A stretch of 61,258 bases of DNA, counting the filler, from Dugesia japonica (Eukaryota): the NCBI GenBank assembly GCA_001938525.1. It is 6 parts of 6 records of this genome, joined end to end, with 100 filler letters (N's around TTAATTAATTAA, not from the genome) between each part and the next. Parts side by side here need not be neighbours in the genome. Positions count along the whole stretch, not along the records: positions 24,378 to 33,285 come from MQRL01598944.1; positions 33,386 to 43,264 come from MQRL01598193.1; 4 more parts are not named here. The stretch is one strand, 5' to 3'. The notes under the pieces were generated by a model, which was not told where the DNA came from, searched no databases, and was given only the letters and a program-made list of their open reading frames with translations. Below, piece after piece: positions 24,672 to 37,868 of the stretch. Position 1 is the stretch's first letter, and every line of letters begins with the position of its first letter. Position numbers and translations under genes: made by a program.

Positions 24672-27600
24672 GTTCAATTCTTTATTTTTAATAATATAAT
24701 GTAGTATTTAGATATCAATATTTCAAACGAGATGCAGATGAACTAGAAAGTTGGATTTTGGAAAAAATCCAAACTTATTCCGATGAAAATTTTAAAGATT
24801 TGACCAATCTCCAAAGTAAAAACCAAAAACATCAAGCATTAGAGTTGGAAATCGCCGCTCAATCTGAAAATTTAAATGCCTTAGACAAAAGTGGCAATGA
24901 AATGATTGGAACTCATCATTATGCATCAGAAATTATTCAAACAAGGCTTGATCAATTACATGCACTATGGGAAAAATTATTGAATATGTTCAAAGAAAAA
25001 TCTCGGCTACTAAAATTAACTTTAGATTATGTTCAATTTTTACGTAGAGTTGATGAAATATTATTTTGGACGAAAGAAAAAGAAACATTCGTAACTTCTG
25101 AAGAATTCGGACAAGATTTGGAACATGTTGAAGTATTACAAAAGAAATTTAATGAATTCATGAAAGATTTAGAATATCAAGAAGAGAAAGCAGCGGAAAT
25201 TTATTCAAAAGCTGATCATTTGTTACAAGAAGATTTCCCTGAACAAGAATCTTTGATTAATAAGAAAAAAGATGTGGAAGATGCGCTTGACAGATTAAAG
25301 AGCTTGGCAAAAAAACGTCAACAAAAGTTATTTGAAGCTCATGAAATTCAAAAGTTTTTCCGTGATACTGATAAAACTATTTCATGGGTTAACGAGAAAT
25401 CAATTCCTCTCTCTAGTGAAGATTTTGGACGGGATTTGGCATCAGTTCAAGCTCTTAAAAGAAAACATGAAGCTCTTGATCGAGATTTAATTGCACTTGA
25501 AGAAAAAGTAAATCAGCTTACCAAGGATGCTGATGAATTGTCTGATAAACATCCAGATTCCAAAGAGACTATTCAAGATAAGAAAGACGCATTGTTATCA
25601 GCTTGGAGTCATTTAACAAAGAAATCTATTGAACGAAATAAGCAGCTTGATGTATCATATTTACTACATAGATTTTTATCTGATTACAGAGATTTATTGT
25701 CATGGTTAACCGATATGAAAGCTGTGATATCTGCAGATGAATTAGCTAAAGATGTAGCAGGTGTTGAGGCATTAATGGAAAGACATAGCGAACACAAAAG
25801 CGAAATCGATTCTCGTGATGAAAGCTTCAAAAGCTGTCAAAACGAAGGTGAACAACTTATGAATATGAATCACCCACTTAGTGAAGATATTAATAATAAA
25901 ATTGAACGCTTATCTAAGGAAAGAAGAGTTTTAATTGAGTTGTGGAATGAACGCAGATTTCTTTATGAACAAAATATGGATCTACAATTGTTTTATCGTG
26001 ATACCGAGCAAGCTGAAGCATGGATTGCTAAGCAAGAAGCTTTCCTGGAAAATAATGATGTCGGTGATTCCTTAGACTCTGTTGAAGCTTTAATTCGAAA
26101 GCATGAAGATTTTGAAAAGTCATTAGCAGCACAAGAAGAAAAAACACAGAGACTTGATGATATTGCCAATAAATTAGTTGAAAATGGACATTATGCTGCT
26201 GCAGATGTTAATAAGAAACGTGATGATTTATTGATAAGAAAAGCTAATTTAGAGGACAAGGCAAAATTACGAAAAGGAAGTTTAGAGGATTCTCACAATT
26301 ATCAATTGTTTGATCGCGATGCAGATGAAATCAAAGCTTGGATTGTTGAAAAGTTGAAAACAGCATCAGATGAAAATTATAAAGAACCAACAAATCTTCA
26401 ATCTAAAGTTCAAAAGCATCAAAACTTTTTAGCTGAAATATCTGCAAATGAAGGTAGAATAGATGATGTGAAAAGTAGAGGACAAAGCTTATTAGATTCA
26501 GATCATAATAAATCAGATGATATTCAACAAAGAATAGAGGAATTAGATAGATTATGGAATGATCTTGTTTTAGCATCAAAAGTTAAAGAAAAAAATCTCG
26601 GCCAAGCAAGTGGACAGCAGCAATTTATTAGAAATGTTGAAGATATGGAAATATGGTTAGCTGAAGTAGAATCACAGTTGGCTTCAGACGATTGTGGAAA
26701 AGATCTTAACAGTGTTACCAATTTACAGAAAAAACATAATTTATTGGAATCCGATATATCTTCTCATCAGGATCGTATTGACTCTTTCTCACAGCAAGCA
26801 GATCAATTTGTAAATGAAGACCATTTTGATGCAGATGCAATTAAAAAGAAACAAATTGAAGTCTGCAATCGGTACTCAAAATTACAAGAGCCTCTTGAAA
26901 AAAGAAAAAATAAGCTTAATGATGCCTATAAATTACACCAATTTTATCGAGATGCAGATGACGAAGAAGATTGGATTCACGAAAAAGAACCTATTGCTGG
27001 ATCAACTAACGTAGGACGAGACCTTATCGGAGTACAAAATCTAATTAAAAAGCATCAAGCCATTCAAGCAGAAGTTACTGGTCATGAGCCCAGAATTGTT
27101 GAAGTTTGTAATGAAGGTCAGAAAATGATTGATGGAAATCATTATGCTAATAGAGATATTGAAAAAAAAATTGATGACATGAAAAATTTGTGGTCAGATT
27201 TGAAAAACAAATCTGATAAGAGACGACAACTTTTAGATGATTCTCTTGAAGCTCAACAATATTTGGCTGATGCTAGTGAGGCAGAAAGTTGGATGAGAGA
27301 GAAGGAACCTCTTGTTGGAAGTACAGAATTTGGTAAGGATGAGGATTCCACTGAAGCCTTATTAAAGAAGCATGATGCATTGATGGCTGATATTGAAGCT
27401 TATAGATCAACTATAGATTCTCTTAGAACTCAAGCTGATGCATGCAAAATGCAAGAAGCTCCTGTTAGTGATAGTTATGGCAAAGAAACGGTTATGGCAT
27501 TATATGATTACCAAGAAAAAAATCCCCGTGAAGTTTCTATGAGAAAAGGTGATGTTCTTACTCTTTTAAATAGTAATCATAAGGATTGGTGGAAAGTAGA

Positions 27601-30600
27601 AATTAATGACCGTCAGGGTCATGTTCCAGCAGCATATGTGAAAAAAGTTGATGCAATGATGTCTGATATTGATCCAAATGCACCAGAGCAAATTACCGTA
27701 GCATCTCAACAAAAGAATTTAGAAAATCAATATGAAAATTTACTTAGTCTTGGCAAAGACAGAAGAGATCGATTGAAGGATTCTGTTCAAGCTTATCAAT
27801 TAGTAAGAGAAGCAAATGATCTCCATCAATGGGTTGTTGAAAAGGAATTGGTAGCGGTTACGGAAGTCATAACTCCAGGTCATCTTGAAGCAGTTCAAAG
27901 CGAAAAGAAGAAGATTGATGAATTTGTTACTGAGCAAAAAGAAAAAGAAGAAAAAATTAAAGAATTAAAAGATAAGGCAAATAAATTGAAGCGAAGTGGT
28001 CAAACAGAAGCAGTAGAAAAAATAGAAGGAATAATTACTCAATTACAAAAGAAATATGAGCAATTAGAAGAAGTTACGACTAGAAAAGTAAAGGATCTAG
28101 AAGATTGTTACGCTGTNNNNNNNNNNNNNNNNNNNNNNNNNGAGGCCAAAGAATGGATTGAAGAGAAGGATGCTAGACTTAATACAAATGATGTTGGTAA
28201 AGATCTTACATCTGTGCAAAGATTATTTCGTAAACACGATGCTCTTGAAAGAGATTTGGTTGCATTAGGTGAAAGAGTTAAGTTATTAGATACCAAGGCT
28301 GCTGAATTAGTGCAAACACATCCAAACGAAGCAGAAGGTATATGTCAACATCAAGAAGAAATAAATGAAATGTGGAATAATCTAACTAAGAAAGCTGAAG
28401 ACTATAAAGGNAAATTATTCAATTCAATTGATTTACAGAAATTTTTGGCAGATTACAGGTACTCAAAAGTAGTATTATAAAATTTTTAAAACAATTTTAG
28501 AGATTTAATGTCTTGGATCAACACTATGAATGCATTAGTATCCTCAGATGAATTAGCTAAAGATGTAACTGGAGCGGAGGCTCTTTTGGAACGACATCGG
28601 GTAATTTTATTTAATTTAAATCAATAGTTTTATTTGAAATACTTTAACATTACTAATTACTTATAAAATTTGGCGTTAAAATTGAATATTTTTGGTAAAT
28701 TAAGGATTTAGCAGATGAAATCGCTAATCGTACTGGGGATTTTGGTGTTGGCCAGGAACCAATTGGCGAGGTAGTTAAGAGTGGCATGCAGTTGTNTCAA
28801 TATATTGTCTTTGTGAATGTACATATTTAGAGAGAATTTGAATTGTTTTAATAAATATTATATATTTCGGCATGTCGTACACTTAAAATTAATATCGAAT
28901 ATCATAAAACTGTTATTTTACAAGAATACAAATTGTAATATAATCGATTTAGGAACATCATGCTGAAATTGATGCTCGATCGGGTACTTTCCAAAATTTC
29001 GAGGATTTCGGAAAAGAATTATTGAAAACAGGTCATTATGCTGAAGATGAAATTAAAGAAAAGCTGCAGAATATCGCAGATGCTAAAGAACAATTAAATG
29101 AGTAAATAAATGAGTTAATTAATAAAAAATTATTTATTTATGTTTACAGTGAATGGCTTAATCGCAAAAAGCAACTTGATCAGTGTTTGGAATTGCAACT
29201 CTATTTGAGAGATTGTGAACAAGCAGAGGACTGGATGACAATTAGAGAATCTTCTTTGCTCGGGGAAGATGTTGATGACAAAACTGTTGATTCATTAATC
29301 AAGAAGCATGAAGATTTTAATAGAGCAATTAATATGCAAGAAGATAAAATGCAAGCACTGAAAGAATTTGCTGATCAATTAGTTGAGCATGAACATTATG
29401 ATAAAGACGGTGTTAAAGAAAAATGTAATGAAGTTCTCGCTAGATGGGGCAGTCTCAAAGAAAATATGATAGCTAATCGCAGTAGATTAGGTGACGTTCA
29501 AACATTACAAGCGTTCATCAGAGATGCTGATGAAATGGAAATATGGATTAATGAAAAATTACAAAATACTCTCGATGAATCATATAAAGATCCAACTACT
29601 AATATTCAAGCAAAGCATCAGAAACACCAGGCTTTTGAAGCAGAATTAGCAGCTAATGCAGAACGATTACAAAGTATTTTGGGATCGGGTCAAAGATTAA
29701 AAGAAAAAGGTACGTCTTTTGTGAATTTAATTAATTAATTTTTTGATATTAAAATTTTAAAATATAGTTTAATAAATTTTGTAAATTAAAAAATTACATT
29801 TCAATCTAGTGTGTTAGAATTTTTGTGATTATATAAATATCGATTAAATTCAGAATGTGATTAATTTTGCTTAGTGTGTGTATTTACATTAGTTTCGGTG
29901 CCAAATACTGAAATTCTACATTATAGTTACATAATTTCAAGTTATTTTATCAATGTGTTTTATTCAGGTCAATGTATGGGTCAAGAGCAAGCAGTTGAGG
30001 AACGCGTCAATAAATTGGCTGATCAATGGGACTATTTGGTAAACAAATCAAAGGATAAATCGGAAAAATTACAAGAGGCTAACCGACAAGCTGTGTATAA
30101 TGCTGGATTAAAAGATATTGAATTTTGGCTGGGAGAAGTAGAACATTCATTATCCAGTCCTGATTACGGTAAAGATTCAGCATCAGTTGACAGCTTATTG
30201 TCAAAGCATCAAGTATTAGGAACTGATATACATGCCCACGAAGATCGAATTAAGGATCTCAATGAACGCGCTGATGAATTTATTGAATCTGGTACATGTG
30301 ATTCTGATACAATTCGAGAAAGAAAAAAAATGATTAATGAACGTTATGAAAAAGTTAAGCAACTTGCGGAAAATAGAGCCGTGACATTAGGTAAAGCGAA
30401 GAAATTACATGATTTCTATAGAACCATTGACGATGAAGAAGCCTGGATTAGAGAGAAAAAAATTCTTGTTAGTTCAGAAGATTATGGAAGAGATTTAATA
30501 GGTGTTAGAAATTTGAAGAAAAAGCATCAAAGATTAGAAAATGAAATTCATGCTCACGAACCAGTTATACAAAGTGTTGAAAAACAAGGTCATGAATTGA

Positions 30601-32093
30601 TGAACGAATCTCAGTTAGCTAATCCTGATGAAATTAGGAAAAAATTAGAGCATCTGGAAACAGCATGGGTTGAACTGCAACAGCTATCATCTGTTCGTAA
30701 GACAAAATTAGAAGAGTCATCAGAATATCAAAAATTCTTGGATACTGTTGAAGAAGAGGAAGCTTGGATTTTAGAAAAGCAGCATTTATTGAGTAGTACT
30801 GATTATGGAGATACTTTAGCGGCTGTTCAGGGATTATTAAAAAAACACGATGCTTTTGAAACCGACATGAAAGTATAAATATTTTTAAATACTATTTTTA
30901 TTTGTAACATTATCTTTAAGGTCCACGAAGAAAAGTGCAATGACATTTGCAATGAAGGTCAAAAACTGATTGATGATAATAACCACAATGCCAAGGCTAT
31001 TGAACAACGTTGTGAAGGTCTACGTGAAAAGTTAGATGTGCTACGAAAAGCTGCGTTGAGGCGAAAACGTTGTCTTGAAGATAATTCCGCTTTCCTCCAA
31101 TTTATGTGGAAAACAGATGTTGTTGAATCATGGATAGCTGATAAAGAGACGCAGGTATGATTAAATAACTGATTTCAATGAAATTTTACCATTTTATAGG
31201 TAAAAAGTGATGATTACGGACGAGATTTAAGCAGCGTTCAAACTTTGTTGACAAAGCATGAAACATTTGACACTGGATTAGAATCTTTCAGAATTGAAGG
31301 AATCGAAGTTATAACGGCTTTACATAATCAATTGATTGAATCTAATCACGCACAAAGTGATGCTATAAAGAATAGATATCAAAATCTAATGGATCGATGG
31401 GATAAATTGCAAAGAGAATCTAAGAGACGAAAGGATCATTTATTAAAACTTCAAGAACGATACAAAAAAGTTGAGGAGCTTTATCTTACATTTGCAAAGA
31501 AAGCATCTGCATTTAATTCTTGGTTTGAAAATGCTGAAGAAGATTTAACAGATCCGGTTCGTTGTAATTCATTAGAAGAAATTAGAGCTCTCTGTGAAGC
31601 TCATTCTAATTTTAAAGATTCGTTGAAGGCTGCTGAAGACGATTTTGTGCATTTGGGACAACTAGACAAAGAAATTCAGAGTTATGGAGTAAAAATATTT
31701 ATTCATTAAGGGGGGAAATTTATATAATTTTAGGTTGGCGGAAACCCGTATACTTGGTTCACTATGGAAGCTTTAGAGGAGACATGGAAAAATCTGCAGA
31801 GAATAATTCAAGAGCGTGATGCGGAATTAGTTCGAGAAACCAAGCGACAAGAAGAAAATGATATTTTAAGACAAGAATTTGCACAAATGGCAGATAAATT
31901 CCACCAGTGGCTTCAAGGTGTTCGATCTGCGTTAATGGAAGGTATTGGAACATTAGAGGAGCAATTAGAAGCAACTAAAGCTAAGTCAAAAGAAGTCAAA
32001 GACCGTAAGATTGATTTGAAACAAATCGAAGAAAAAGGTGCAATTCTTGAAGAAAGATTAATTCTCGATAATCGACATACTGAGCATAGCACT
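24526..32093 (+). CDS. SPTAN1: Alpha-spectrin (non-erythroid type), multi-exon, 3'-incomplete. Exons: 24526-24671, 24712-28458, 28501-28600, [28705-28770 candidate cassette], 28953-29101, 29150-29709, 29968-30872, 30921-31154, 31200-31688, 31734-32093
   Basis: N-terminus [30 protein letters not shown] is the alpha-spectrin tetramerisation helix. It is followed by tandem spectrin repeats, an SH3 insert, and the late repeats [36 protein letters not shown] and [15 protein letters not shown]. All junctions are GT..AG and keep frame (introns 40, 42, 352, 48, 258, 48, 45, 45 bp). Confidence 0.97.
24712..28458 (+). CDS. SPTAN1: Alpha-spectrin exon 2 (3.7 kb; spectrin repeats plus SH3 at about 27485-27649)
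   Basis: ORF 24758-28480; SH3 [48 protein letters not shown]; donor TACAG|GTACT. Confidence 0.97.
28501..28600 (+). CDS. SPTAN1: Alpha-spectrin exon 3
   Basis: TTTTAG|[34 protein letters not shown], |GTAATT. Confidence 0.93.
28705..28770 (+). CDS. SPTAN1: Candidate in-frame 22-aa cassette exon of alpha-spectrin ([22 protein letters not shown])
   Basis: TAAG| acceptor, GAG|GTAGTT donor, 66 nt, phase 0/0 matching the neighbours, stop-free, more GC-rich than the flanking intron. Confidence 0.65.
28953..29101 (+). CDS. SPTAN1: Alpha-spectrin exon 4
   Basis: TTTAG|[24 protein letters not shown]...KEQLN|GTAAAT. Confidence 0.93.
29150..29709 (+). CDS. SPTAN1: Alpha-spectrin exon 5
   Basis: TACAG| [28 protein letters not shown]...RLKEK G|GTACGT; ORF 29187-29738. 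Confidence 0.95.
29968..30872 (+). CDS. SPTAN1: Alpha-spectrin exon 6
   Basis: TTCAG| [13 protein letters not shown]...[11 protein letters not shown] |GTATAA; ORF 29874-30878. Confidence 0.95.
30921..31154 (+). CDS. SPTAN1: Alpha-spectrin exon 7
   Basis: TTAAG| [10 protein letters not shown]...[25 protein letters not shown] |GTATGA; 78 codons. Confidence 0.94.
31200..31688 (+). CDS. SPTAN1: Alpha-spectrin exon 8
   Basis: TATAG| [24 protein letters not shown]...EIQSYG |GTAAAA. Confidence 0.95.
31734..32093 (+). CDS. SPTAN1: Alpha-spectrin exon 9 (last visible)
   Basis: TTTAG| [18 protein letters not shown]...[11 protein letters not shown] |GTAAGC donor. Confidence 0.94.
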
Positions 32094-33129
32094 GTAAGCT
32101 TTTATATTAATTATGAATCGTTAACTGTATAAGTGTAACAATAATTTAAATTTTGACACATCTAATAATATTTTCAGTAGCATATTGTGCCATGTTTATT
32201 TAAAATTAATAATTCCTTAGATATTGAGAATAATCAAATTGGGTGGCTTAAATTTTATTTCTACACTCTTTCTGAGTTTGTTCTAGTTAAATACCNNNNN
32301 NNNNNNNNNNNNNNNNNNNNNNNNNNNNNNNNNNNNNNNNNNNNNTAATTTTTTTCTAAATAAAAAAATATCTATTATTTTAAAATTTATTCGAGCTCCA
32401 CTTATTTGATAGGTTGAATTTGAACAAGAGTAACAATTGATAAAAATTAGAAGGCGACGATTTGAATGTGCCATTCTTTGAGAGACTAACTAAATATCTA
32501 TAATTNTTCACATGCATTGATGTACATTAGTAAAATTTACAAATAAAAATTTTCCAAATAACAAAATTTCAAATAATAAAATTCCAAATAAGACTCCTCT
32601 ACACCATATTAATACCTCTTACATATGACACTTTAAATTTGATATTCTAGTGGGTGCTTTTGGTTCAGAAAGCACTTATTCTTTTTACCACAGCTTTGAG
32701 TTTCTGAATTTTCATTGGCTTGACACAAAAAAGTATTCTACAACCGCATATTTCTTTGATAATCCGTCTGAATTTAAAAGGTGTTCAATTTTTATTTTGA
32801 CTAAAAAATAATAACTGTACATTTGTAATAACAGCACTTTATCAATTACTGTTGGTAATTTACTGATTACGCGTATAAATTACCTTAATATCAAGTGTTA
32901 CATGGATTAATGTATTAAATTCGATGAAAACAGTTGAGTTTTAATTGGTCAGTTGTTGAAATGAAGTACACCAATGTCGCCCACGTGTAAACCGCTTTCT
33001 GTTAGATAGTAGTTATAGTATAGTGTTATGTCGGTTGGCCCTAAGATGATGGCAGAGGCGATACTATGGACTCTTGTTTGAATACACATTAAGTACTTTT
33101 TTAAAAAATTGGTCGTAGTCGTAATATTT

Positions 33130-33179
33130 TTACGATTCCGATTCCGGAAAAATCACCCGACTCTGACTCCACAGCCCTG
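33130..33179. mobile_element. Isolated terminus of an hAT-type MITE
   Basis: CCGACTCTGACTCCACAGCCCTG is the reverse of the widespread CAGGGCTGTGGAGTCGG-type terminus; partner end not seen. Confidence 0.5.
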
Positions 33180-33539
33180 GTATTGTTATGTGTAACTAAA
33201 TCAATTGTAAAATATATAATCTTTGTCATTTTATATTATATATAAACAATAATTTACTTGGTACATTTTAAATCGGCATTCAAACNNNNNNNNNNNNNNN
33301 NNNNNNNNNNNNNNNNNNNNNNNNNNNNNTTAATTAATTAANNNNNNNNNNNNNNNNNNNNNNNNNNNNNNNNNNNNNNNNNNNNTTGAATAAATTTGAT
33401 AAAAATATACTGAATTCGGCTCCTGATGCCTTGTTAATGACAAATTACTAAAATAATATTTATTCAAATAAAACAGGTTCAAATTATCTTTTTCCAAAAT
33501 CTGAATATTTAAACACTTTCTTTTATATTATATCACACA

Positions 33540-34122
33540 AATTAATTCAATAAACACATTATACAATATTTACCAACAATTTCTGCTTCCACTATTACTC
33601 AAAAATGTTCCACCTATTATAAGAAGAAAAATGTGTTTCATCTAAGATGGATGTTCATCTCACTGAGCTAAGGTGCTGACAAATTATTTGGATGTGCACT
33701 TTCAAAGACGTTGGATTGGAATAAATGGACCTGTGGAGTATGGGGCCTCGTAAAATTCAAAGCTTATGAAATTGGAAAACCAGAAATAAAGAGGAATTGG
33801 TCGATAGGATTTTTGCGGCATTTGAAACATTGAAATCAAACATTGAAAACAACAGTTGGTAGAAGGAGCTTTTGAATCGTTTGGAATCGTTTGGAACTTT
33901 GTGACAAAGTTGAAGGAAGTCACATTAAACAGTTGTAAATTCTTTTATGTTGTAAATACAATGTTTATACTTCTAAATACGATGTTTGTCTTTGTCCTCT
34001 TTTGAAACTCAATATCTTGTAAATGATTGAAAATCAGACCCAAGTTTATAAAACATTTTTTGCTTATAATTACTCAAGGAAGCTAACTTCAAAGTCCTGT
34101 ACATTCCTCCCTGAATACCCTG
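33540..34122 (+). mobile_element. rosa/Tc3-like (Tc1/mariner superfamily) remnant with right TIR
   Basis: NVPPIIRRKMCFI*DGCSSH...YLDVHFQRRWIGINGPVE; ends TGAATACCCTG|TA. Confidence 0.7.
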
Positions 34123-34417
34123 TATAAAAATCTATTATAATGTTGCATAAATCCAAAAAAATGTTTCAATTAAAAATATCCTTCAAATATTTTAATTGTA
34201 TTATGATTGTTTTTTCTTTGATAATAACCCATATTTGCATCCCATACTGTTTCATCATTACCTACATTATTATCAGCTGGTATCCAACCAATTAATTGAC
34301 CATATTCTCTTTTATATNNNNNNNNNNNNNNNNNNNNNNNNNNNNNNNNNNNNTTTGTTAATGGATTGTTTATACATTCTACTTCTATTGATCCTTATTT
34401 AAATCTTATTGATTTAA

Positions 34418-34830
34418 CCCTTAGACTAATGCATTTCTTAAACCAACGGTAATTACGGCGCGGGGTCCTTTTAGGACCCCAGCTAAAAATATTAAAACGT
34501 TTTGTAACAAATGTTACGTATTGTAACATTTGAAAAGGTGTTTATAATGGTAAAATATATTGAAAATTAACACATTACAAATATAAAAAATAATAACAAC
34601 GGAATTCTTATAAATTAAAGAAAACGTATAATATATTGTCAATTTTCAACGTGATCGATGCAATTCGCTGTGTATACAATTTCTTTTCGATGTTCCTTGC
34701 AAACAAAGAATTGACATTGTGAACATCTTATATTTATTTTTTTTATCGGATGCTCGTGTACAAAGTCTGCATCTTCCCCATTTTGCTTGTTGCCGTGCCG
34801 GTGCAGCTGGCTTCTCTTCTCGACATTTCT
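34418..34830 (-). mobile_element. piggyBac 3' remnant (C-terminal Cys-rich domain and terminus)
   Basis: TTAA|CCCTT terminus, subterminal palindrome GGGGTCCTTTTAGGACCCC, minus-strand GRCRLCTRA..IRCSQCQFFVCKEH. Confidence 0.75.
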
Positions 34831-37800
34831 GTTATCTACAGAGAGAGCCAAAAAACCACAATCAAAATACTCACAAAAATTACTTTCGATACATTTACAC
34901 AAGTACAAAATACTTATAAAACTTACTCGATATAGTATTGTTGCACAAGTACAAGTAACCAAAAATAGTAAACTAAACAGCAATGTTAACTTCTCAATTC
35001 AAGAGTGTGTTTTGAGATAATACACACGCGTTCAGATAAGTGAATAAACAAGTTAAAATATCAGAATTATTTGTTGCAAAATAATGTCCTCGTTGTCGTC
35101 GTAAAACACAGAAAACTGGCATTAACTTATTGGTTTATAGAAAAACATGAAAAAAATTTATGGAAACCAATTATTTTCTAAAGTTGTTTTTGATGCGTCC
35201 GTAAAGATTTATTCAACTCTATAATATAATTTTGCATTACAAATATCTAATGGTAGTTTCTTCAACATTTAACTTTATTTGTTTGTTTGTTTCAGAGAGT
35301 TGTTTGAATGCAGGTTAAAATTTCACTGTTAACATATTTATTTCTATTTATTCAAAATAATTTAGAAAAAAACGTCAGAAATTCATCTTATTATTATTTT
35401 CAGTGATCTTGACATCTTTAGAGCTTTAGTTGATAAAGTAAAAGAATTAAACGAAAATTAAATTCAATTAAAAGGTAACAGTTTAGCATTTCATTTAACG
35501 TTTTGTCAGAGAACTTATGATAATATGTTATATCATAATTACAGAATTCGTATTATTCTACACATAAATATTCATTTTTCGAGTTATTAATGTCAAGTTC
35601 AAATAGTCACGTGGTATTTGAACAATTATTTAAAAACATATATTGTAAAATATTTTACTGATCACAGAAATCCACAACAAAACACGGAAAAAAACTAAAG
35701 AATATTATTTAAATTTTTAAAGAAACAATATTTACCCGAACCGTAAACGAAATTTTGTTTACTAAAGTGTAAGAACAGTAAATAAAACAAATAAATTTTT
35801 TTTGTTAGATTAATAAATTAACTACTAGTCTGATGGATTTTTTTATCTTTTCTTCCGAGAAAATGCCAGTTTCTGTATTTCTTCATTCCCATCACATACT
35901 TATGACCAGCAAAATATTCTATATTAATTTTAACTTAAAAAATCTTGAAATTAAAAGTAGATTTCAGTAAGGAGCGTCGATCCATTTCTGACAGGTCAGT
36001 GATTAACAAAATAATTAATTAATTTGATGTTTTTTAAGAAGATTCAATAATTTTGCAAAGTGTTAAACAAAAAAGCAATACATTTACTATTTTAACAATA
36101 ACTGAAAATATTAAATAATAAAAAATTTCTTACTGTCTGTATAAACAAAGAACCTCTGTTGGACCATTAACAGCGTAAATATTGGCCGTTCGTTTACCGC
36201 CTCTAGATAATAAAACAATTTTAAAATACGTGTTTGAATATTAATGTAAATAGAAATTTCAGTTTTTTTATTTAGAAAATTACAAAATTTTCAGAGTTTT
36301 ATTAAATTTCCATTGTGATAATAGTAGGTAGACATTACCGTACAGGATTAGAATATTCTATAGATTACTCATAAGTATATTGAAAACCCAGTGGTGTGTG
36401 TGTGTTTATTTGTGAGTGATGCTCAAAATTATTCAAAAATTTTAAAAATCATATTTTATTATAGGTTTAAAAATTTTTAATTAATATATTAAAAACCCAG
36501 TAGCGTATGTTTTTTGCTTGTTTTTGGGTAATGCTCAATATTATTCAACAAATTTCAAAAATTGTGAATTTTTATTATAGCTTTTAAAATTTTCAATTTA
36601 TACATTAAAAATCCAATGGAGTTTGTTTACTTGGTTGTTAGTGCGTGATTCTCAAAATTTTAAACTAAAGCTAAGACAAAAACGTGCAGAGTGAATATGA
36701 TCAAGCAACTTCGGCCAAAATTACCTTGGAAAATATGCCATTTGAAAATTTTTTTAAAAGATAATATTTTCTTAAAAACTAAAATCTTAAATATTTTTAT
36801 TTTACTTTAAATAAATATAATTAAATTGGTCAATAATTGAATTAATTTCATCAGATACGATTTGTTGACTTCGCCAAATCCCAAAGGCATCTCAACAAAA
36901 TTGGTACCCCCAGTGAGCAGCCAATTCATTTAAGATATCCAATTTTATTCAAGTATTTAAGTTTTAATGATTAAAACAAAACCTGATTTTGAATAGGTTT
37001 AAAGATTNNNNNNNTAAACAAAATCCGAATTTCGAAAAAAGTTTTAAGAGTAATAATATATTGTTTTAAAAAGTTGAAACGAAACCTGATTTTTGAAAAT
37101 AAATTTTTGAAATGTGAATTTTAACGAAATTCACAGCATAGTTCCTAAAACAGCGAATAAAGTTTAAAATTAAAGAAGTCCAAACCGGCGGACATTTTGA
37201 GAATTTAAAAATTAAAACGTGACTCTACGGATAAATAATTTACAAACGATAACGATTTTAAATTGTATAAAGATTTTTCGGACAGTCTTGTATTTGATAT
37301 TTTTACAAATAAATAAAAAATTCACACCAACACAAATATTTAAAAGTAAAATAAATATAACAAATAATACAAAGAATTACAGGGTCTTGAATAAAATTAT
37401 TAATAGAGATTATTGTTAAATAATAAATAGGTCTTGGAAAGTAGACATGATTAGTTTCTTGAAGAAACCCATTTCATATTCCAGAAGGTTCTGAGGTTTT
37501 TCACATTTGCTAAACATTGAAGAAGCATTTTCATTTGTGAGAGTTTTGTCCTTTTACCGCGTACGCGCATTAAATACATAGGCAATTTAACTGTGTACGC
37601 ATCTTTTGCGTACTTATTTGTTTTTAAAAAGTTTGTTTTTTAATTTTAATCGGGGATAAAGTTGACTTATTTTTAATCCTGATATTTATACTCAGCGCAA
37701 AGTTCTCTATCGAATAGAGGATCGATCGTCAAAATTTGAGAAGTAAAGGTTTTTCGAAAAAATAAAGTTTTGACAAAAAATCATCCCGAAGTCATTATCA

Positions 37801-37868
37801 GCAGATTGGTATGATCGGACAAAAATAATTATTTTTGAGAAAATTGAAGAATTTTGATTAATCTAAAC

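Noticed and set aside
29874-29967. N-terminal extension of ORF 29874 as an alternative in-frame acceptor (+31 aa)
   Set aside because: Intron-like composition and no spectrin similarity; the downstream TTCAG acceptor restores the canonical repeat.
26524-31974. Antisense and alternate-frame ORFs within spectrin (26524, 26814, 28108, 31762)
   Set aside because: Shadows of the spectrin coding sequence.
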